Assembly: GCF_963853765.1 (NCBI RefSeq)
Contig: NC_088855.1
Location: forward strand, 7,874,001 to 7,938,000
Origin: Magallana gigas
Taxonomy: Eukaryota
Length of the DNA stretch: 64,000 bases
Reading direction: 5' to 3'
The notes beneath the pieces are model-generated. The model was not told the origin of the DNA. It saw only the letters and a list, made by a program, of their open reading frames with translations, and did no database searches. The position numbers and the translations under genes are program-made. Below, in pieces: positions 1 through 14,087 of this stretch. Every line of letters starts with the position of its first letter. Position 1 is the first letter of the stretch.

Positions 1-3000
1 AAATGATTGACACATTACTAATTTTATAAAAAAAATTATTTGTCATATAAGAAAAAAGAAAAAGATATTTAAAAATATTTGTTTAAATTTTACAGGGCTT
101 TTTATTAGATGAAGTTAACTTAACTTGAGTACACATTCCTTGGAAACGGTAGAATGGGAAATGAAATATATCTGAGTTACATTTATATTTTAAAACCACA
201 ATGAATAGATGATAAAAGTTCCGCCCTTCTAATTTATTACAGACTATTGTAATAAGTCGTGTAGTCTAATATACTGTGATTAGAGAAATTAAAATTCATA
301 TCTATGTTCGCGCAACATTTACAATTAGATGGGATTTAGAGTTGATATGTCTCGAAAAGTATTTTGCATGAGTGAACGTATTTACGTTTCTTACATGAAG
401 AAATCCTTCAAAATAAGGCTTATGCGAAACCTTGAACCATTGGGCTCCCAAACGCAAAAAATAAGCTGGAGGGATGACGATGGAGTCATCAACAAGAGAA
501 ACATTTGCGAAACTTGATTACATAATAACTGATTCCATATTTGATGGACATTCACTAAACAAAAACGGTTTTCGTTTTCAATTTCAGTTGAACAAACACA
601 GGCAGTTCATAAAAACAAAGCTCTATGACTGAAACTTTCTACAATTTGCTGGGAATCTTTTTGCCTCAGTTTTTGGGACTTTCTTGGTTGCACGTTTCAG
701 GCAATTGCGCAGTAGAAAGTAGCATGATTTATTTGTCTGTGGTTCTTCTCCCAGACAAAATTCCCCACTACAGTAAACAACAGACATATCGAATGTAAAA
801 AAAAAATTATAAACCGCTTTCGAGTAAATAAAACATTAGACAAAATAGATATTAAGAGCTACTCACATCACTGCATGCTTCAACTGATAAACGAGATTGC
901 GAATTATAATTTTTGGAATTTTGAATGAACATACAGTGCATAGATAAATTATGAATATATTGTCGTTATATTATCTATGAAAACCATTCCTTTTGCACAT
1001 TAGTACGGTTATTTGATTGACAAAGAGACAAATGAAATGGCCAAAATTAATGTGGAATATCTTATTCAAGTACATATAGATATATGAAAGATGAGTAAGA
1101 ACAAGAAAATCTTGGCTTAGAAGTCTGGAAAATACCACGTGTGTCTTATGTAAGGCATGTCAGTTTAGATTAAAAAAGAAAATTGTTTATACTTTCACAC
1201 CAAGCTGATCTAAATACATATTGACTAGTTTTAGAGAACAGCTTCATGAGTTTCGTAGAAATATCTGATATTTGATACATGCATGCAGTGCATATAAAAT
1301 GATTGTTACAAATATATCTGAAAAAAGTGCACATCAAAACTGATTTAAAATCTCAAAATCGTTAGTATGATCAGGTAATAACAATTTTACTTCGTAAATG
1401 TCTTATTAAAATACAAAAAAAAAACCCCAAAAACCAAAAACGTGAGTGCTATTTCTTTGAAAAGTCCGTAAAAATATCTTTATTTTCATCTGAGAGTTAA
1501 GTTGATAATTTCAGATTGCATGGTACTGTTCTCCGAGTTCAGCATCTGTCGGCGCCATTGCACTGATGACATGGCGGTACACAGTCACATCCAATCATCA
1601 CAGTAGAGCACCTTGCTAAGAATGACACGACCCTAAGAGCCTCACGTACGGATATATCCTTCAACATTTTTAGGGTATTTTTTTTTTAATTTTCATAAGC
1701 TGTGTACAATTAAGTCATATGATTATCGGAAAAGCAATCATCTTGCAGCTGGTAAATAGCAGGTATATGGGGGCTCTTGTTATTTTGTTTCAAAATAAGT
1801 GCATTGCATCATGCTTTTTGGGATTTTCCTCAGTTTCAGAACAATAATGAAACGAAACACTCCCATCCTTTTCCCTTTTGTCTCTAAGAACATACTACGA
1901 GGGTTGTTCGGAAATAAGTGAGACAACACAAATATTTCCCTTTCTTAGTGACGAATTTAGATGAAAATTGGCATTTATAAACATTGAAGAAATTCAAACA
2001 AATAATTGAACAAATTAATATGATTTTTTTTAATATTTCGTTTACGACGGTACATAAATTTATTAAGTCGATGGTCGGGGTACTCGGAGCAGGCATAAAC
2101 TCGGAGATTAAAAAACTTAAACATCTACATGTACTTCTTAAGTGTCGGTAGACCAACACTTCATTACAAAGGAAATCAAATTTTATATATCTTCATTTTG
2201 CTTTTATTGTGACTAACTTTTGTGCAAGTTTCACTAGTAGTTTGTCTGATTCTGTTTTTGTTGATATTTCTTAATCCATTCTGTCACGAGTCTGATATTT
2301 TTGTAATGGCTTTTCATGTGACGATGCAGAGATGCGACCGATTTTCTAGAAATGTTCTTCTTCTGTGAAAACTATTTCCATATGTGGTTTAGAAACGTCA
2401 TGTTAAAGTTCTTCAGACTATTTCATTATTAATTTTGGAGGGTCTTTTGTTAACTGATTGTTTTTGTCAGCTTGATCAGCTTAAATTATGAATATAGAGA
2501 ACCATTACCGTTCAGTCATTTGTCGGAAGTCGTACACTCGAAGAAAAGAATAATTACAATAGTAAAAATTAACATCATCGAGATAGAATCTAACCTTATT
2601 TGTTTTAATTAGTCTGTTTTTTTAAAAATTAACTCGAGAATGTGTGCTAAGAGAGAAAATCGATACTTTTCAAAATTTTAGCACGTATAATGATAAAAGT
2701 TATTTCCCTTGGGACATCGCAATAGTTTACGTTCAGCCCACGGCACGAGGCAGATCCGTAATTTTAAATAAGAATGGTAAAACAAAAACATTATAAATAA
2801 ATTACCACGATTTATTCATCTCCTCTTATATCCGGCCCATTAATAATTTATGTACCGGTATTTCATCAGAACTTCCAGAGAAAACACTGCGAACACGGAT
2901 GCTAGGTTTACCAAGAGAAGACAATGCTAAGAACTAGATAACTGAATATCGAGGTAGGGATTCTGTGGTTACAACAGCGTGTCACCAAGTACTGTCGGGA

Positions 3001-3565
3001 AATCTCTAGTAGTCCTATTGACTCAGAGACAAAAGACGATTGATCTATTCACAGAAGACAATCAAGTGCGTGAAACGTTTAACCAACCCAGTGGGTTTAA
3101 AATACACCATCTTAAATAAATTCATAAACAGATACATCCCTTGTTTGTGTTAGAATAAGGCAATCAGCGATACCCAATAACAATCTAAATTCATGAAGCG
3201 TTCAACACGATAAGTATGGAGACAATGCGATACAGAGAGAATGTAAATGAATGTCGTGCGAGGACATTGTTTCGGGGCTAATCTAGAGGTTCGCCTGCTA
3301 ATCTAGCACTACCCGAGCTGGTCTCAGGCCACGGTTCCTCCACTGCTTGGGGTGTGATTGAATGGAAAGAAAGATCCATAAATTGCTTAAACTATCAACA
3401 AGTTATCTTTTGGCTACGGTTTATCTGACGAATTCTATTAAGTACTTGGTCCATTAATTGACCTTTTCCTCAATGTATTGAAGCTTTTTGAGATTGGAAA
3501 ACGATTTGTTATGTAAACGGTACCCGTTTTGAGTTTTGTAGAATGGCTACCTCTCCAACCTCTAG

Positions 3566-3581
3566 ATGAATGTCGCCGATG
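3566..3581 (+). CDS. Possible first coding micro-exon (MNVAD-G) of the SH3 gene
   Basis: ATG AAT GTC GCC GAT G|GTAAGT is a consensus donor in phase 1, matching the phase-1 acceptor at 7230. An in-frame TAG lies immediately upstream of the ATG. No transcript evidence. Confidence 0.35.
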
Positions 3582-6235
3582 GTAAGTCTAAATTTATTAC
3601 ATTGAATTTACACCTTTGCAGCATGTTTATCATCTTCATAAAGTTTCATTTTGACTTTTTACTCATCTATAGTACCTTAATGTTAATTTCACTATCCATA
3701 TTCCAATTGCTTATGGTAAAAATAACATTGCATTGCTTACACTAAGCATATAAGCAATTGCCGATAGTATAGCAATGAAACTATTGGCCATTTAGCATGA
3801 GTTGTAGTTTAAAGCAATATGAGCTGCAATTTTTATGCTGAATTTATTTAAGAAAAATGTTATTTTGTACTAAATGACAAAAAAATCATTGGTTTAAATT
3901 TCTGTTACACAAATTGTTGTGGGAAATGCCGTTAAGAAGCCTTAATTGAAGCAAAATTGCATCACTAGAATTGTCGTCCTATACTAAAATTGAATTGCTA
4001 TATATTCTCTAGAAGAGAAATCTTACTTCTGACAAAAATTAATGATTTTTTCAAATCTTATTTATCAGAAAAGCTTAAGTTACATGCAGACTTAGCATAC
4101 AAGTAGGTTTTTGCAGCAAAATAAAATTATAGAAAATACAGCTCATAAATAATTCATCATCATTACTCATCATAATACATGTACGTACCAGGGTACACTG
4201 CAACAATTCGTCATGTAAAATATGTAACATGATATCTTTTGTTCTAAAATACTTGCTATTTGGATAGAATATAAATATAATTCATACACTTTACGCCATA
4301 AGAACTCCAATATCCATTTTCCTCGATGAACCGCTTTTTGAAGATTTAATACAAGTAATTTGAATTTAGAATTAAAAAAATTATGTATCTACTGATGTAA
4401 CTTGTTCTCACTCTTGAATTGGCTGACAACTGTGGAAGATTAACCTCGCATATTTCTTTACTGGTTGACTTGTTAATCAAATCGTAAAAATCGTTAATTA
4501 GTGCCCCCCTCCCTCTACTTTAAAAAGCCAGAAGAAGAAAAGGAAAGAAAACGTTATTTGATACATGTATTTCATACACAGACCGTTATGCAAATACATA
4601 AATGATATGATATAATTATATTGAAAACAATAGTATAAGACGACTTCATAGAAAAGGTATATATATACATGCAAAATATTTATACATATATCTACTTGTA
4701 GTTATAGTAGATCCGAGCCAAAACCTGCCCCCCCCCCAAAAAAAAAAATGGGGATGGGGGAGGGGGGGGGGGTTCTCGTGTCTTACCATAGCCTTACTAA
4801 TAATTCCAATATACTGACTTGTACTAAAATGTAGTTGTATCACACTGCGTTTAAATTGTATCTTAGCTAGATGATTATTAATTTAAATTAATGGTAAATC
4901 TAACTTTCAAGGAGTTTTAAAGTCAGCAAAGGGTGGTCCGCCCTTCTTTAGGGGTATAGTGACGTGTAGTATCAACAGGTGATCGTTCACCTGTGGTTTA
5001 CTGTCCCCCAACATCGGAGATCGATATTGATTTTGGGCACCCTAATTTGGGCGTATATGTGATGAGTCAATGTTTGTTTTAATGGGGAGGAGTGTGTACA
5101 GAATATATGTAAAGGTAACACAAGAACTGTGAAATGTATTCAAAAGTTGTGACATAATACGTTTATTGAATTTAAAATCACGCAATTGATCTTGCAATTA
5201 CGGATCTTAAATCCTGTTATATCTATAGACATACTTCTGTAAAATGAAATTGAAGTCTAAATGATTTACATTACAACAAAAGTTTTTATTTCTGACATAA
5301 GAGAGGGTGCTTTAAAAAATCTGCTCATTTGCATTTGCACAAAACAATTTGATGAATGTGGATAGGTTTTCTAAATAACGGATAAAGAAAATACGTTTAA
5401 ATATACCTTATTTTTTATTTAACATTCCAAGAGATCCCGTGAAATTCTAATTCAGTGTATATTTAAGGGTGTATAGAAAATAAATTTTAAAAGCACTTTA
5501 AACAGGAGATTCGGTGTTTTTTATATCTTGTATTGAAATGATAAATAGTGATGTACTGAAGTCTGACCGATAGAAGTGCCTGATACGTGTTAAATTAATT
5601 TCAGCGAAAGTGAAAAGTGTGTATATATATATAAACACATGAGCGCCCACTTAATGAAATGTCACCACTGATGGAATTTCCCCCAATGTTTAAAAATTCA
5701 TTGAAACAAGTACATGTATCTCACATCTCAGAATGCTTTCATTAGCATTGAAATAGTATATTCTAATTTGCGTGGTTAGGTTTTGTTTATTATAAATATA
5801 ACGCAAAGAAAACAAGCCAGCATATACTATCTTACACAGTCACTGAAAGAGATGTCAGCCACGGCTAGGAAAAAAACACAGAATCAATGTCACAATTCTT
5901 GACGGAATGACCTTGACAGTGCCAGTAGCCTTGGCATAACCTTGAAATTTCTACTTCCAGTGACCTACGCAATAAACTCTAAGGGTTCAGTTTGATGTAT
6001 CTATTCCAAGAGACGTGTAGTTACAATCTAAATACAAGTTACCAGTAAAGTAATATATGAACATGTAATGTGACAACATTTTGGATTTTGTAGTCTTATT
6101 ATATTATTTTTTAAATTTAATTATTTGATTAATGGATTATTTAACTAATCAAAGAATCAAAGATATATGAAAAAGTCACTTAGTCATCACTTGATCTTAA
6201 TGTTTGACTTGATTAATAGAAAACTATTTTAAACA

Positions 6236-6307
<72 letters not shown>
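6236..6307. repeat. (GA)n microsatellite
   Basis: Directly visible, slightly interrupted. Confidence 0.95.
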
Positions 6308-6310
<3 letters not shown>

Positions 6311-7237
6311 TCACCGAAGAACATTGTCAGAAAGTATTGAATACATAGTATCCTATAAAGATGATTTAAAAGCCTTCAGGTGTCTGTTAAAAGATTAGCC
6401 TCCAACGTTCTGACTGTAGCATTAATATTGGATGAAAAAGAGTCAACTCTTTACTTCATAATTGACTTCATAGTATAATTGTGCTGGGGGACGAAAAAAA
6501 AAGATAATATATAGAAATTTAATCTTGTGGTAGGTCGATATCAAACGCCAGTATGCACAATAATTCTCATCCACCTAATACTGTTCATCCCAGCCTAAAG
6601 AGTTGGTTTTATTCAATATAAAAACAACAGCGGGTTGTAAAATTATCACTTCGACGATCAATACAACAGCCTTAGATCCCCTATTTTTTCTATCATTCAA
6701 AATAAGAAAACATTGCCTTTTACAACCAAGCAAAAAATTTTCATTTTATTTATCCCAAAAGAAAAAAAAAGATATTTCCCTTCAAGTTTAAAGACAGAAG
6801 TGAAAATAAAATGACAATTAAATGAGTGGGATATTTTAGCCGCTGCACTAGTTCACTCTGCAAGATTTAAAATCCAATAACCATTTAGTTTCGATTGGCT
6901 TTAATTACTCTAACGGTGTGTTTGAAAATTAATAATACAATGCGCTCATTTTTTTTTCAAACTTGTTATCGTTGCAACAGCACATAACTCAAGCTTTTGT
7001 AATTCTTCCCATTTTAATTTCACTTTATCGATATCTGTTTCATTTTCAGCGCTAGTCCTGCTCATCTGAAAAAGCTCCAGGCTGGGTTGAAATCACCGAG
7101 CCAGCGCCGATCAATTATGCTCTGTTTGTTTGTGTATTCATTTATCACCCCCTGTTTTGATACATTTCTTGACATAATGTATAGGTAAAATAAAACGTCA
7201 TTCAAAACTATTGATCTTGATATTTGCAGGTTTAAAA

Positions 7238-10200
7238 ATGTCGTCTGCTTATAAGTCACGTGATTTAAATCCTCCCGGCAAAGTGCCAACGATAGAACTT
7301 GGCTACCCTGCAGTCGTACTTTTTACCTTCAGTCCAAGTGAGAAAGAATCTAGCGAGATCCCCGTTTTAGAGGGAGACATCGTGCAACTTCTATACAGCG
7401 TTGGAGGATGGGTGTTTATTCAAACTTATGAAGGAAATGTAGGGTATATTCCCCTTGACTTTTGTGGGCAGTTGGAAAGTTCCAAAGAGGTCGGATCTGT
7501 GTTCAAAAAAGATTTTCAGAAGGATTGCTACCCTGGACCCACTCACCCAGGCCACGAAGATGTGACTGATTTCCGCTTTAGGTTAGATCAAACTCGGGAA
7601 GCTTTCCCACCAAGAAAAAATTCTGAGAGTTTAAATGACAAATTAAGTTGTATACATGAAAGTTTAATAAATCGTGACGACCGCGTAAACAGAGAGTCAA
7701 AACATTGGAGTTTTTATACAGAACACGGGTTCAATACAACGGTCTTTGGAACAAGACAGCTAAACTCCTATAGTTCTGACAATGAGCTATCCTGTTTGAC
7801 GCAGTCGCTGTCGTGTGACATATGTAATGCATTTCTGTCTCGGTTGATCTCCGGAGTTCACAGTTTGGCCATAACTGATAAAGAAAAAGCGGATTTGAAA
7901 TCTCGAAAGCTACTTAAGCTATTGCAAAGAGCGACACAAGAAGGTCTGAATTTGATTTCCAATATAAGATATTTAACTGGATACGGACAGAAGTGTTGTG
8001 TTGGATTTAAAGAGAATGGAATTAGCTCTGGTAATGACCTGGACCACGAGCCGGTGCCAGAGTTTGGTGCGCAATGCATGCAATGTGAAATTTTAAGGGA
8101 ATATTTTAAATTGTCGGAAAAATACTCCATGACGGATTTATACGCTACGATTCGGGATCTGCATATCCACGCTTTAAGTGATTCAGATTCCGATCCCGAC
8201 TCTGGAACTCATATCAAATCTGCATCGTCGAAGAATGACTCGTCTAAAACGTGGGCCTCAAAACACGAAGAACCAAAATCAAGAAACGCTGAACTATTCT
8301 TAGCTTCGAAATCTCCCAATGAAATAAAGAGAAGCGTTTCGTTTCAACTGGAAGATAGGACTATGATTAAGTCGGAGATCATAAGAAACAATTCTTTTTC
8401 GGGGGAAATTCATTTTGCAAAGCCGAGTGAAGAGAAAACCGACGGAACGCAGAACAGAGAGTCCTTGCATTCGGGATATTCTCAAAAGACTGTAGACTCG
8501 GGCATAGCGGATGTTCACGATGACCTTGATTCGAGTTTTCACTTCGAGCACAGGTCGGAGTCTGTGGAAGATAAGGACGAGAATTGCAATGACAGAAAGG
8601 ACACCGCCTCGCCTGTGATCCAGTCAGACTCTAGTAAGACCCCTGACACGTTTGAAGGTTCCGGTGTGTATGGGTTTCAGGCATTGCTTCACTCGAAATC
8701 GTCCCTCTCACCGCGCATTTCCTCCACTAAACCTGGTGCTCAAAGAACACCACGAAATGAGGCTACTGTGAAAAGACAAGATGCATTTAAGCAAAAAACA
8801 ACCCCCTTTCTCGGGAAACCTTCCGCGAGGGAGAGTTTTCCTGCTCCTATTGTCGAACATAAAGCTTCCTTTCAACCATCTGTGTCCAAAATGTCGTTCT
8901 CACAACGAACATTTGACAAATCAAAAACACTTTCTGAAATGGAGCTTACGGTGTCTGGCGCTGGACCGCCCTTAGTTAAACTAGACGAGGCTGTCACAAA
9001 GACGGAGGGGGATCAATTGAAGCTTCCTGTCATGCGCAGTAGTGGGGAGGAGGCTGGGGCTGCTGACAAACGGAAAATATTAGCTCGACGTTTCCAGTCC
9101 ATGAAAAGCCCTCCGGATCTGCGCCAATCAGCAGGTATCAGAGATGCCGTGCATTGTTGCTAATCTAGTGCACTGATATTTGGCATCGTAGTTTTAATAA
9201 GCAATATGAGCTGCATTTTGAAGTCGATTTCTTTGAGCTTAATTGATTGACTTAGATGACAAATATAAAATGGCTTGAAAACTTCTATTAGTCGAATTGT
9301 AGTATGAATATGATTATGAATCTATCATTAAAGCAAAACTACGCCGTTGACGTCCTCTTTAAAATTGGATTGCTGTAACATTAAAGTTTAATAGTTCAGA
9401 GAATTTTACAACTATATATGGCCTTATAATATTTGGTTTTAATAGTATGTATTATTGGGGATTATGTTACATGCAGAATTATCACAAAATCATTTTTTTG
9501 GACAAAATAAAATTCTGAAAAATACGCCTCATATTGCTTTATATGAAAAGTGAACGTAAAAGTGTTGTTTGGTTTGCTCGAGTTCTAAATACCCACTAAA
9601 TTATTTGAATACTGGATATATCAAATACCTAACCTTCCAAAGTCAAATATCTTTATTCATTTTAGGGTCAAATATTTGTTTTCTAAAGCCAACAAGTGAT
9701 CATCGGAGAGAATAGGCTAGTGAGGTTATGTAAGAAGTCTTGCCAATATTTGGCGGATTTTTCCTTGAGTGCTCTCTTCCTTGGGCCTGTTTACTTTCCT
9801 CCTTTACATGACCAAAGTGTATCTTTAAACAATATTTATTTGGCAGAGGGAACAATTAAACGCCCAAAATGACAGCTTGCTACCCAAGTCACCCGCTTCA
9901 GTGACTTCTAGTTCCATATTTTTTTGTCTTTAAAGGCAAAAGGTTGGAAATGTTTAGACGATTAATACGAGCTTAACCTAATTCAAAATGATAAGTTTTG
10001 TAAAAATAGAGGAAAGAAAATCTTTCAAAAAAATATTTTCAGATGAGTTATCTTTTTGAAAAATGTTGTGTTTTCGAATAAAACTCATGGCAAGCCCACA
10101 TAGTTCAATTTGTATTGTGTGATTGAATTCCATCGCAAGCTTGCATTGGTAAAAAAAAAAAATCTTAAACCGTTATTTATATCGGATGTCCCAAAGTGTG

Positions 10201-10758
10201 TAGAAACTTTCACCTATCTGCTAATAATAAATAATCCCTGAAATACAACCCAATATCGATCTTCATAACCACTTGTTTGCTCTTCTAAAGGGTCTTGTCA
10301 TAAAATTAAGTAAATATTCGAGTATTCTGTCAAATGTAGGAGAGTCCCCTTTCTGTCACATAAAACAGGCACATTTGCAACAGGTGCTCTAACGAAATGG
10401 GTTAATGCTGTACAAAACACTCCGTACAATGGTTTACAAATTCAAATGTTTGATTTCAGATTTCACACGGAGGGACGATAAAGACATCAGGAAATCGTTG
10501 CACGATCTCTCCCAAGTCAAAAGAACATCTAGTGTAAAACCAGCTCCCATGCGCGCGCAGCATTCGATACCAATTCAAACTCCACAAAAAGACGGTACCA
10601 CCGCAAAAACAGTGCTAGTGAAAAAGTTCAACAAACAAATGTGGCGACCCCCCGTGGGAAGCCCCGAGGGTTCCGATCAAAGACCCTTCTCCCCATTTGG
10701 AGGAACTCTGCCACCGTCAAAAATAAATAAAAAGAAAGTCCACGAAGTGTTTGTTTGA
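7238..10758 (+). CDS. SH3-domain protein, join(7238..9134,10460..10758), 731 aa from ATG 7238; may be extended by an upstream micro-exon
   Basis: N-terminal sequence YPAVVLFTFSPSEKESSEIPVLEGDIVQLLYSVGGWVFIQTYEGNVGYIPLDF fits the SH3 pattern (W, G-Y-I-P). Acceptor TTTGCAG ends at 7229. Donor GCAG|GTATCA after 9134 (phase 1) joins acceptor TTTCAG|AT at 10460 in frame, giving GAT. Stop TGA at 10756-10758. Confidence 0.8.
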
Positions 10759-11414
10759 GGAGAATGGCGGCACCTTGTGAAATATTCTAACCCTCAAGGC
10801 CACGGAATTTTCAGTTTGGGTCAAAGTCATCATTGATGTGTTGAACAATAAACCAATGACTGAACAAATGATTTTCATTTGGCAGGGACTTCATAATGAC
10901 ATTTATACATAGTATGAGGATATCGTTCTACATGGACTTTACTAAGCCATATTTCTTTGTAGTGCCAATGCAACTCGTGTGTGATACATTTACTCCGTCC
11001 ACTCATTCATGCAGTGAGATGTCCATCTTAATTATAATATATTTTTTAAAATACTGATATAACTGGTTATGCACATGTATTTGTATTTCATAGCTGGTTT
11101 TTAGTGTAGAACGAACTGTTCGTCGAGAGATTCTACCATATAAGGTTACCAATGATCAGTGATGTTCAATGAACAACTGTTATTGTGATTGCATTTGCTG
11201 GTGATGTTATTGCATCGAAAATAACCAAAAAGGATACTACATAGATAGCTTTAGACGGTAAACAAAAAAAACTGGAATATAGGTAAAAAAAAAGAAAAGA
11301 AAAGAAAAGAAAAGTTTATAAGACATGATGTAATGGAATTCAGTTTTACCGAATCAGCCGTTGGTCTGGTTGGTTTTAAGATTTGCTGATTTACCGCTTG
11401 TGACAGGTTTTGAG

Positions 11415-11615
11415 ATCTGACCGATTTACCGGTCTCGTGACTGGTATTGATATCGTATCGATATATCGGTCGTGGGACCGGTGTACGATCGTATCGATAT
11501 ACCAGTCGTGTGACCGATGTAGGATCGTATTAATGAATCGGTCTTGTGTCTTTTTTAAGATCGTATCGACTAACCGGTCGTGGGACGTGATTAAGATCGA
11601 TCCGATTAATCGATT
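11415..11615. repeat. Degenerate ~35-bp CpG/GATC-rich tandem repeat downstream of the SH3 stop codon
   Basis: Recurrent GATCGTATCGA...CCGGTCGTGGGAC motif. Confidence 0.65.
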
Positions 11616-14031
11616 GTTTGTTACTCTGTGATAACGAATGGATTTTTACATTGTGATATTGTTGGTTATTTATTATACTTCATCCTCTTGGAGGAGATGG
11701 TTATTGTACATATGGTTTTAATTTATGTTAACATATTTATTGCATTAAATTGTTAGTTATTCTAATCTATTTTTATTTCTTTTAAGAGACCCCCACATTC
11801 GACAGCCTTTATAAGTTGTTCATGCAATTATTCATGTAATTATAATATGGCTCAGCAAAGTGGATGGTTTTTAATTATCCTACATACCTTGCTTGTAGAT
11901 GCATGCACTTTATACAAAGCATTTTATTCAGTGATAATTGAAAGCGAAATCTACTTTACATCTGAGTGAACGATTATAAAACATACCATTGAAATTAGAA
12001 GTACGAACATATATATTCTATGAGAAAGATTATTTTGACAACTGAGACTTTTAATCAAAAATATAAACGACTGATAATGACGTCGCTAGTCTAGCTGCTG
12101 TTGTGTACTTTCTAAAGAACAAGGGCTAAAAAGCAATAAAGCGCTCTCTTTAAGGATCTCCATCTCAGACAACGGTTTAAGCAGTTGAACCCGAGGGACG
12201 GACCAAGTTCTCTAATGTCGCTTTCAATGGGTCTTTGTTGGAAACGATTTTACTTGCTTAGTATTAACTGTTTTGAGGAGAGATTTATGAACTACATGCA
12301 CATAATGGTTCTATATAAAAATACACTTGGGTCTGTTAAATTACTTATCGCTGATATTTATATTGAGAGGAGCCCTGGAATCCTGGTCCTTTATAATTGC
12401 CTATCCAATAATTCCGTATTAATAAAACCTTTCAAAGATAGCCGTGCATTATATCGGTATTGGGGGACAATTTGAAATAAAATGAATATCATTGATTAAT
12501 GGATTTTTTCCCCAGTACAGCTACACTATAAGTTATGTAAATATTTCTTTGAAATACTGATAGTGCCATTTAGATTTAAAAGAACAAACGTTTTCGTACT
12601 TTGACCAGATCATACATCTAAGACGTGAACGGGTGACGATTAAAATAGTTGAAAAGAAGTTCGGTACAAATTTACATATAACTGGATGCACCATAGTGCA
12701 TGGTGAGGCACCCAGTAAGTCTAAATAACGAACATATATAAGGCTAAGTAGATTGTGGTATACATGTATATGTATCTTTATAGCGAAAATATCTGGAGAT
12801 ATTCGAGTACCAAGCGTATGATATCTCATATGTTAGACTAAAATTATTGCTTAACTGGTATCTCAGAATCTAAATTGTTTTGATTTTTGTATATTATTAG
12901 GGTATCCAATAATATCCAGGGCATGAAATGAGACTAGGATGGGTTTCAGATGATCTATAGACACACGTATTTTATTCAAATCAGGCCATAGTATCTGAGT
13001 TGCTGAAATGTCTTCAGCCTGAGAAATAAGACTTGCTACAGCATAGTATCGATACAGCTATTTCTTCTAATTTTTTCATGCAATTAGAGACATAAACTTA
13101 TCGTATCTCAATGGTCAAATTGAAGACACTGGACAGGCTAGTGGATTGTATCTCAAAATTTGATTTGACAAGCCACAGAACAAACCAATGTGTGTTATCA
13201 AAATCACAGTAACGTATTCCGATTGATAATGATACGGGTAGTAGTTGTATATTTTCTTTGTTTAGCTTCCAGATTAACAGATTATCGGCTCACGTTAATT
13301 CCAAGTGTCTGGTTGGGCTTTGTGCCGACTAATCGGGAATAGATTATCAAATCGGGGATGTGAGCCAGTGACCATGTGCAATATTTTACCCGGCATTCAT
13401 TGGAGCGGTGAACACCGAGCTCTGAGGGACTTGTCAAGGCCATGTTGTTGTAGGACGTGGTTGGCTTAGCTTGTTTATTTGCTTTAGTAGATTTTTGTAC
13501 ACGTATAAAGTTATACAATAATGGTAGTAGTAGTGAATTTAAACAAATTAAACAGACTCGATTGTTAAAAGATAATTCTTAATTTCAAATCCCTGTCTTC
13601 GAATATTTTAAAGTTGATTATGTAGTGAAACTAAATTAACGCGAAATTGTATTGATTTGCACACAAACTGAAACTTGTGAGATGTAAATCTGTATTATAA
13701 ATACAAATGTACTATATATGTTTTTAAAAAATAGAAAAAAAGGCGATATCTCAAGAAAAAATATATATACAGCTCCGTATTCATATAAATCACCTCTCTA
13801 CGAAAAAAGTGATAAACCTCCCGGCCGGTATTCGTTGGACAGACGTACAACCATGTTTGGATCTTTACCAAAATTTTTAATCTTGTAACCCCAATAGTCG
13901 AGTAAAGTGGTTTGTCGATGGATTTAAGTAATGTGCTTATATGCTTAAAGAATTTGAATTTACAATGATGTGTGGCGATAGTCGGTTAATCTCGGTTTGA
14001 ACCCTTTTGTTGTTTCGCTTCATGATTGGTG

Positions 14032-14036
<5 letters not shown>

Positions 14037-14082
<46 letters not shown>
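14037..14082. repeat. (GA)n microsatellite
   Basis: Directly visible. Confidence 0.95.

Positions 14083-14087
<5 letters not shown>

Noticed and set aside
1539-1667. 42-codon minus-strand ORF with a Cys-rich end (MLKDISV...GCDCVPPCHQCNGADRC)
   Set aside because: No signal peptide, no supporting exons and no family match I recognise. A tBLASTn or RNA-seq hit would revive it.
7858-8975. Antisense and alternative-frame ORFs inside the SH3 exon
   Set aside because: Shadow ORFs of a long coding exon with no recognisable content.
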